DNA of 64,000 nt from Eledone cirrhosa (Eukaryota), in assembly GCA_964016885.1 (NCBI GenBank), contig OZ024741.1, positions 105,834,001 to 105,898,000 of the forward strand, in the 5' to 3' direction. The notes beneath the pieces are model-generated. The model made no database searches and was not told the DNA's origin. It was given only the letters and a program-made list of their open reading frames with translations. The position numbers were made by a program, and so were the translations under genes. Positions 50,801 to 60,200 of the stretch are shown piece by piece; position 1 is the stretch's first letter, and every line of letters begins with the position of its first letter.

Positions 50801-53800
50801 TTCTTTCAATTTTTTTTGCTTTTTAATCCAATAATACGGTATGTCACAGTTTGATGTACCGTATCTTGGATCGAATAATTTCCAGAGGAGTTTTGAGACT
50901 GATGATATGGCCATTGTTTTAAACAAGACTCCTTGCTTTTACTATTTCATCCTCAGAAAAGCTTAGCTTTTTGAAGGATGACTTGATAACACCAGCAAAA
51001 GAAATTTTCTGGGTGCTATTGTTCATTGTGGATTGTGTTTCTTTGTTGTTTTTGCTCCCACTGGGATCATTGTTACTGTTATTGATCTTATTGTTGTTTT
51101 CGTTGATACTATTGCTGCTGTTATTGTTGTTGTGGCTGTTGTTGTCATCATCATTCTTATTGTCTTTCTCAACCTTATCGTTGTTATTTTCGTTGCTGTT
51201 TACATTTTTTGTTTCGTTGTTGCAGTTGTTATTAATGGCGTTGTTGCTGCTTTAATTGTAAAACAATATCATTAAAAATGCTATTGCTTTTTTTTCTATT
51301 CAAATATTATTTTCTGTAGTTGCCTTTGCTAGAATGCTGTCTTATTCAACTGTTGACAACAATGTCTCCCTCTATGTTGTTTTACAGTGCTCTCTCTCTT
51401 TGTAGTTGTATCCATGTTAAAAAAAGTAAGTTGATTGAAAAAATTTCTCTCTGTGAAATTTTACAAAGAACACACCCCCTGCAGGGGTGTCATAGTATTA
51501 CAAGTGACCCACCTGTGTTAAGTGGGTCACTTGCTCTAAATTCTTATCAAGTTTAAAACTTGAATAAAGGGTTAGAGACAGTCGAAATAAATGTAAACAG
51601 TTGAAAAACCCTGGATCCAATATGAAGTATGGCTTCATCTTCAATTATAATAATAATGATAATAATGGTTTCATTATTAGCCACGCAGGGTTGATATTAA
51701 GAAAATATTAAAGACAGCACAGAATAGTAAAACAACAAACATATATGAATTAAAGGAAAAGAAAATTTCATAATAATGATACAAGCAATAACTTACTAAT
51801 GTTATCCAGTGATGGAATCTCTTCAAGTAAGAGCATATCAGTGGCAGAAGAGTGAGATAGAATTAACTCATCACTACTGAAGTCACTGGAAATCAAAGAA
51901 ACTCGTGATCCGGAACCAGCTATGAAAGATCCTTCTTGTACGCTGCTATATAATGCTTCAATAGTGAAAGCGGATCCATCCTTACTGCTATGAAATTCTT
52001 CCATACTACCATATAATACTTCTTTACTACTACTACATAACTCTTCTATACTGCCATGTGGTTGTTTCCAACTATCATATACTTCATTATCGTCTTCTAA
52101 TATTTCCAAACTACCAGCTAATCCTGCTTTACTGCCCTCTAATCTTTCCAAACTACCAACAAATAATTCTTCACTGCCTTCTAATTCTTCGAAACTATTA
52201 GCTAATCCTTCCACATTACCAGATACTCCTTCATTACTGCCCAATCCTTCCACATTGCCAGGTAAACCTTCTTTACTGCCCTCTAATTCTTCCCTATAAC
52301 CACTTAATTCTCCTTTAGTGTCAGGTAAATCTTCCTTACTGTCAGTCAATCTTTCCCCACCATTAGGTGTTCCATTTTTACTGTCAGGTAATCCTTCCTT
52401 ATTGCCAGATAATCCTTCCTTACTGCTAGGTAACCCTTCCTTATTATCAGATAATCCTTCTCTACTGTTAGGTATTCCTTCCCCAATACCAGGTAATCCT
52501 TCTCCAACACCAGGAAATCTTTCCCTACTGTCAGGTGACCCTTCCTTATTGCCAGTTAATCTTTCTGGATGCTGATTTTCTCTGTTGTCTTCTGATATTT
52601 TGTTCACAAGGTTTGTGTCATCAGGGGTTTCTTCATCAAGATTTTTGCCCTGTAAACTTTCATCTGCTTTATCGTTAGGTTTCTTTTCTTCTATTTTTTT
52701 ATCAGGTTTGGTTACACCCTTCATGTCCTTGCTCTTATCATCATGAACTACAATTAAAAAAATAAATGGATTTATTTCAAGTAAACCATTTTGTAGGTAA
52801 ACCCAAGGAATGGGTAGAGCCAATGGTTAGATCTGATCAATCAACCAACTGACCAGACAGACCCAACAGGACACACCCAACCAGACCAATCAGACGGGAC
52901 TTCCTAGACCAACCCAACCCAACTGGACCTGACCTGATTGGACCAATGCACTGAGCCAACCGACCAGACCACCAGACCGATGAACTGACCTAAGTGACCG
53001 GACCACCAGACCAACCAACCCGACTGACTGGATCAACACAGCTGAGTTGACTGACCACACTGACTGAGTAATTACACTATATGTTGATATGCAAAAGAAG
53101 TGGAAGTCAGGAAACTGCAAAGAGATTTTCTGTTTTATCACTTATTTGCTTTGCCAAAGTGATTGTTACATGACGACTGAATTTAAATATACACACATAT
53201 ACAGGCGTGTATATATTCAAAAGTAAGGTGTTTTTTTTTTATATATCCCACACTGATAAAAATATAGGAAAAAGAAGTTGAAAATATAATTGAAGTCTTT
53301 AAGAAAGTTTATTTACAATAACTTATAACTTTACTGGTTTCATAAGTTTCATGATTTTCAAAAATGAAGAGAAATGGCTATGCTGTCGCGTAACTCACAT
53401 CTAACTTGTGTTGAGAACTTCATTCAGTTTGATGCATAAAAAGTGGCTTAAATTGCTATATGTTTAAAGTAAATTGCTTTGGTAGGCTGAGGATGATCAC
53501 ATGATTGGTGGCTACAAAAAAGGGAGTGCCATGGTTTAGTGAATATAGATAGTAGCAATCCCAAATGGTATTCATATCTGCGTTAAGTAGTCAAGGGAAA
53601 TTGGTATTACTTTGTGGCAATGTCCAAAAATTACAGAAATTTTGTTTATTGGAACATCAGCGGCCCATCTGGGGAAGGTGCCCTGCGAGGTGGTGTAGTT
53701 GTTGCAGCGGATGTCAATGGCCATTGTCCGTGGGAATGCTTTTTGCGGCCTTGTCCATGGGGCGCAGCCCCTTTACCGCCGCGCCCTAGGCCCAGAGCCA

Positions 53801-54171
53801 ATCATCCTCCCAATTCTTCTGTGACACTAGAGTCCTTGCCATTCCCTCCCTTTTCCATTTTTTTTTATTTTTCTCTAATTTCTTTATATTTTCCTATTTT
53901 ACATTCCATTCTTCTCAATCCAAATTTTCTTTTTTTCTTTTTCTATTAAACTGTATTTACATGATATATTCCATAAATAAAATTTTTTCAATCCTGTGTG
54001 TGTGAATGTAGAACTAGTTTTTGGTTTCCTGCTACATCTGAATAATATTAACAATAATAACAACAACAATAATAGTAATAATAATTATTATTATTATCAT
54101 TACCATCACTATCATAATGACAACCATAATAACAATCACACAATCAGCAAAATGAATAAGAATTATACATG

Positions 54172-54214
<43 letters not shown>

Positions 54215-57200
54215 ATATGTGTGATGGTAGTGGTAATGATAATAATTATTACTATTATTGTTATTGTTGTTATTGTTATTATTCACCATAGTTCTTCAAC
54301 CCATAACAGAGGAGTTTAAAACGGGCTCCCCATGGGAACTTCTCTATGTAGATTATTTGTTCCTGATAGCTGAAACCAAAAGAGAGCTGGAAAATAATTT
54401 CTAATTATGGAAACTGAATTTGAAATCAAAAGGTCTGAGAGTAAACTTTGCTAAAACTAAAGTGTTAGTGAGTAGGAGAGAAGATAGGATCTAGACTTCC
54501 CCAGGGAAGTGACCATACTCAATATGCAGAAAAGAAGTAGGCATAAACTCCATACAATGTACTCAATGTAAATCTTGGGTACACAAAAGATGTAGTGGGA
54601 TAACGAGTTAGATTAACAGGAAGAGAGAACTTTGCTTGTAGAAGATGCACAGGAGAAATGGAGAGGAAGGCTGCTAATGATATAAACCTTTGCAAGTCAC
54701 AGGAAGAATTCATGGACGTGGTTGATAGCTTCTGCTATCTAGGTGACCTAATTAGCAGCAGAGGAGAGTGCACCGAGAGTATAATAGGTAAAATAAGGAT
54801 AGGATGGAAGAAGTTTAGAGAACTGCTCCCATTGCTAACAACAAAAGGTTTCTCCCTACGTACAAAAGGAAAGCTGTATGACGCCTGTGTGCAGTGTGCG
54901 ATGCTGCATGGTAGTGAAACATGGGCTGTAATTGCAGAGGTCATGCATAGACAGGAGAGAAATGAACAACCATGTTTCATTGGATGTGCAATGTAAATGT
55001 GAGAGAAAGGCAGAGCTTGGACAAGCTGAGGGGAATATGAGATGGTGTGCAGAAGAGAAGACTGCATTGGTATGAACATTTGTCCCAGCCTTGCAAGCAG
55101 GGAAAAACGGACATAAAATGAAATAAAAAAAATGAAAAATGTGATGTGCATGGACAATCACCGATGGGTGAAGAAATGCCAGGAAATCCCAGTGGAAGGA
55201 AGCCACAATAGAGGAAGACCAAGAAAGACCTGGGTAGAGGTTGTGAGAGCAGACCTCAAATCGTTAAGACTGGAAAAGGAGATGATGAAGGAACACGATA
55301 AGTGGAGATGCCGTGCTGAGAAGGACCTGTCCAACCCATGCTAGCATGGAAAAGCAGACGTAAAAATGATGATGATTATGATTATTATTTGGATGTAGCT
55401 GGTAAAAAAAAAAGCAAGTCCTACACACATAAATTTAAAAAATTCCTGTACTTTTAAATTTTAGGGATTGTTGCAAAGACAATACCAATTTCCCTTGACT
55501 ACTGAACACACAAAAACAGACATGAATACCATTTGGGATTGTACTGTCCATGTTTACAAAACCACGACACTCCCAATTTTTGTCGCGAAATTACCACAAA
55601 ATTCGATCCCTAATCACGTGATCTTCATCAACCTATCAAATTTTACTTTAAACATATAGCAATCTCAGCCACTTTTTTGCATCAAATTGAAACAACTTCC
55701 CAACAGCTGTTAGATGTGAGTTACACAACAGCATAGCCACACATCTCTCCTAAATTTTGAAAATCATGAAACCTGTGAAACCGGTAAAGTTATAAGTTAT
55801 TGTAAATAATACAGAAGACCCGCCTTGCCTAAGTACAAAGCGAAACCTACAGTCAGTAGGCACCTCTAACAAAAATACACCCCCGTCCCACCACCCCACC
55901 CCATCCACACCGCCCCTTGGATGATGATGAAACCTTTTTATGGACTTGAGAGAGAGAAAGTTCCAATTGCACATGCAATTGCTGGTAAGATGCACTTCAA
56001 CTGCAACTGCACAACATATGTTGCATCTGAAATGGCCACAGGCCAGGCAAAATCTTTCTTTTCCCCTTGCTATTGTGGGTGACATACATGTGGTCTAAGT
56101 ATTATTCCTGGTCTTTCCCTCTAATATCATCAGAGTCCACTCTGAAACAAAGAATTCCTTTATTTCATCATTCAGTGTATACGCATTACCTCAAATAATC
56201 AACTCTTGACTCCCATGTGAATCCCTAATAGAATTCTCCAACACAATTAGTTGCCATCTTGAACCAAGACAGCCAGCAGCCAGATTTTACATCTGCCCTA
56301 ATCTTCACCCACTTCTGAAATTTCTCTCGACAAAAATCTTATAGCTTCAAAATTGCAACAAAAAGTAGCTGTTCTCCATTTACCTTTGTCATTGTTTGAA
56401 AAACCGTCTACGCCATAAAATATGGAATTTGCTGGAACAATTCTACCATTGTTTTTATCCCTCTGTAAGTGAGGAATATGGTAAATGGAGTTTCCTTCAA
56501 GGTCTAAATATATTAACCTACAAAAGAGAGACAGAAATAGAAAGACATATATATCATCATCCTCATTTAATGTCCATTTTCCACACTTGTATGGGTTAGA
56601 TGGGATGTTACGTTGAGACAATTCAAGACCATGTTTTGCTCATACAGATCTGTATTTTGGTTTGGTTTCTACAGATGGATGCCCTTCCTATCACCAACCA
56701 CATTACAGTGTGGACTGGGTGTTTTTTAATGTGGCACCAAAACGACTACTTAACAGATGGACTAGGTGCTTTTTGTCATGTCAACTGCACAACCACCTTA
56801 CAGGATGGACTGGGTGTTTTTTTGTTGTGGCATGAGATTAGCATACATGGTGGACTTAGTGCTTTTGTTGTGGTAACAGCATTGTGTGAGATCAGATGTA
56901 GAGCATGTCCAGCTTTCATCTTTGTAGGTATGGGCTAGGTAAACATATATATACATATATATATACTAGCATTAAAGCCCGGCGTTGCTCGGGGTCTCTA
57001 AGTTACCAAAGTTAGGTTGCACCACACATTTTATGGCAGCACTATTTTGTCTGCCAGGCACTGGGTGAATGAATTGCAGACCTGGACTGCCGAAGCAGGA
57101 GCTGCATCAGCAGTGACAATTGTAGTTTCGCCTATGGATATTATCTCTGTGCAAAGAAGTGTTGAAATTTATTGTTTCACAGTACTTGCGCAACACGCGT

Positions 57201-60200
57201 GTAGACGATGCCAGCCGAACAACAGAGCTGCGATGGAGTTGTTCTGCATGGTTGTCTAATGTGTGTTTTCTAAATTTAAGACAGTAGGGAGTGGTGTGAT
57301 ATGGGGGAAAGTTAGCTAGGTTCTAGCAGGTTTAGTGACCTCATAGAGGATATTATTGTGAATGAACTGATACTTCTTTCTTCCACGTTCGTTGATAGAT
57401 GTTTTAAAAAAGATTTATCGCTATTTTCTTTGTTGAATAAATTTATCTGTTGCTTTTGAATAATTGTTGTTTCGTATGAAATGTAATAAGTTCTCTTTGT
57501 CATTGAAGTAAATAAATGTTTGACCGTTCCACACTCAAAAACAAACGTTCTCTCTCTCTCCCTCTCACTCTCTTAAAGTTTGTAAGTTTAATCGTATATA
57601 AGAGAAAGTTGCAGCATGTATGTAGTTTTATCGAATTTTAAGGGGAGTAGAGACAGGTAAAGCGTCATGTATTTAGTTTTATCGATTATTTCCGTTATTG
57701 TGGGTGAGTTTGAATGAAATAAATAGTCGTTGACCCAAGTTAGACCATTTACAACATTCTTACAGACTTTGAGTCGAATCGGTTTGAAATTGTGCAAATG
57801 TATAAACATGGAACATGCACACACACACACACACACACAACAACAATCTGCCTTTTATAGATAATGATATATGGGCAATATGAAAAATTCAGGACCCCTG
57901 ATGTCTGAGCTCCTGTGTTTCAACAGTTAAATCCGAACTCGGATCTAGCTGTTGAAACAGCAGGAGCTCAGCCATCAGGGAATCCCAAATTTTTCATATT
58001 ACCCACTCTACTACCCCAAGTATCAAGCATGGTTTTTACCGCTTCCATTCTGATATATATACATATATATAAAATGTACACAATGCAAATCTTGGGTAAC
58101 AAGAGGTGTAGTGGTATAGCAAGCAAACTAACATGAAAGGAAAACTATGTATGTAGATGTTCAGGGAAAATTGATAGTAGAAGTGTAGTTTTTCAAATGC
58201 AGGTAGGATCTATCGAGGTGGTTGATAACTTCTGATATCTAGGTGGTCCAATTAGCAAGGGAGGAGGTTGCTTCGAGGCCATAGTATCTAGAATAAGGAC
58301 AGGATGGAAGAAGTTTAGGGAGCTGCTTCCTCTGTTGACAATGAACGGTTTCTCCCTGCGAACGAAAGGTCAGTTGTATGATGCCTGTGTGAGATGCGCG
58401 ATGCTGCATGGTAGTGAGACATGGACAGCAACTGCAGAGGATATGTGAAGGCTGAAGAGAAATGAAGCAAGTATGTTCCGATGGATGTGCAATATCAATG
58501 TGCATGACTGACCAATCATGGAAGAGTTGAGAGAGAAACTGTGTATAAGTGGAATAAACTGTAGTGTGCAGGAGAGAAGACTACATTAGTATGGCCATGC
58601 AAAATGAATGATGACTGCTGGTGAAGAAGTGCCAAGTAATCCCAGTGGAAGGAAGACACAGTAGAGGAAAACCATGGAAAACATGGGCGGAGATGGTGAG
58701 AGCTGACCTCAGATCACTGTAGCTCACAGAAGAGATGGCAAAGAACCATGACAAATGGAGAGATGCTGTGCTGAAGAGGACCTGTCTCACTTTTGCAAGC
58801 AGGGAAAAGCAGACGTATGATGATGATGATGACATATGATTATATTACACTCTAAATAAATTGATCTCTGTTAATTCTTTCATAGAGCAAAACTTGGTAT
58901 CGGTTGGATGTCTTCATATATTTGCGTTGGACGAAGCACGTCTCTAAAATTGTCAAGAAGGCCGAGGATGTCTTAGCATCACTCAGCAAGACCTTTGTCA
59001 GCCGCTCTTCAGCTATCTATTGTACAAGCTGTACATGGCTATGGTGCAGCCACACTTAGAATTTGAATCACCAGTCTGGAACCCCTATCTTGCTCAGAAC
59101 ATTGACCGCCTGGAAACTGTTCAGAGACATGCAACCAAGTGAATACCCTCCATCAGGCATCTTCCATACTCTGAACGCCTTGCTTCCCTGGGCATGGATA
59201 CATTGAAGCTCCGACGCCTGGCAACTGACTTGGTAAACATCCACAAAATTGTTAACCATCTTGCCAACAACAACCCTGAGTACCTTTCTGATTTCCATGT
59301 GTCTAACACACGTGGACATGCCCACAAAGTCAGAAAACAGTACAGTTCCCATGACTTTTGGAAACATTTTTTCGCGCTCAGAGTTGCTGAAGCACGGAAC
59401 AAACTACCTGCATCAGTTGTTAGCTGTCGAGACACTGCATCCTTTAAAACCTCCATGCTTCTTGAGATTCGCCAACACTACACCTAATATTCCCCCTCCA
59501 TACACATACACACATGTATATCATGACTCATACACTATTCACTTCCCTGACATTTGTATATTATTCTATGTACTATACATGCACCTTTGACGAGTTGTAG
59601 TGCACCTGAGCACTTTACACAATAATTTCATTATTATATCTATACTTGTGTAAAGATATGTATGTTTCTTCAATTAATTTGTAATTTATTCCCCTATGAT
59701 AGAGCATAAAATTTGGCCAAATCAGACTGTTTTTTCTAGCAGTCCGCCACGTGCCATTATTCACCTTCCACTACTCTTCGTAGTGGGTAACAAGAAAGAA
59801 TTTTTCTGTTTTGAATTTTCTTTCTTGACTGAGAAGTCTCCTGAGGAGCTGAGCTTTTCACAATACTCAGAGTATTGATATTACTCAGCAAAACTGCTGT
59901 TGGGACATTAAAGTAACTATATATATATATAATGGAAAATTTGAACAGGAACAAAACAGAGAGGCAGTACAACGAATGTTTATTAATTTCACGCTCTTGA
60001 GAGTGAGGTGGTATATATATATGTGATGATGATATATATATATATGTATATATATATGAAGGCACATGGCTTAGTGGTTAGAGCACTGGCCTTGCAATCG
60101 AAAGGTTGTGAGTTCAATTCTCAGACCGGGTAATGTGTTGTTTCCTTGAGCAAGACACTTTATTTCACATTGCTCCAGTTTACTCAGCTGTAGAAATGAG

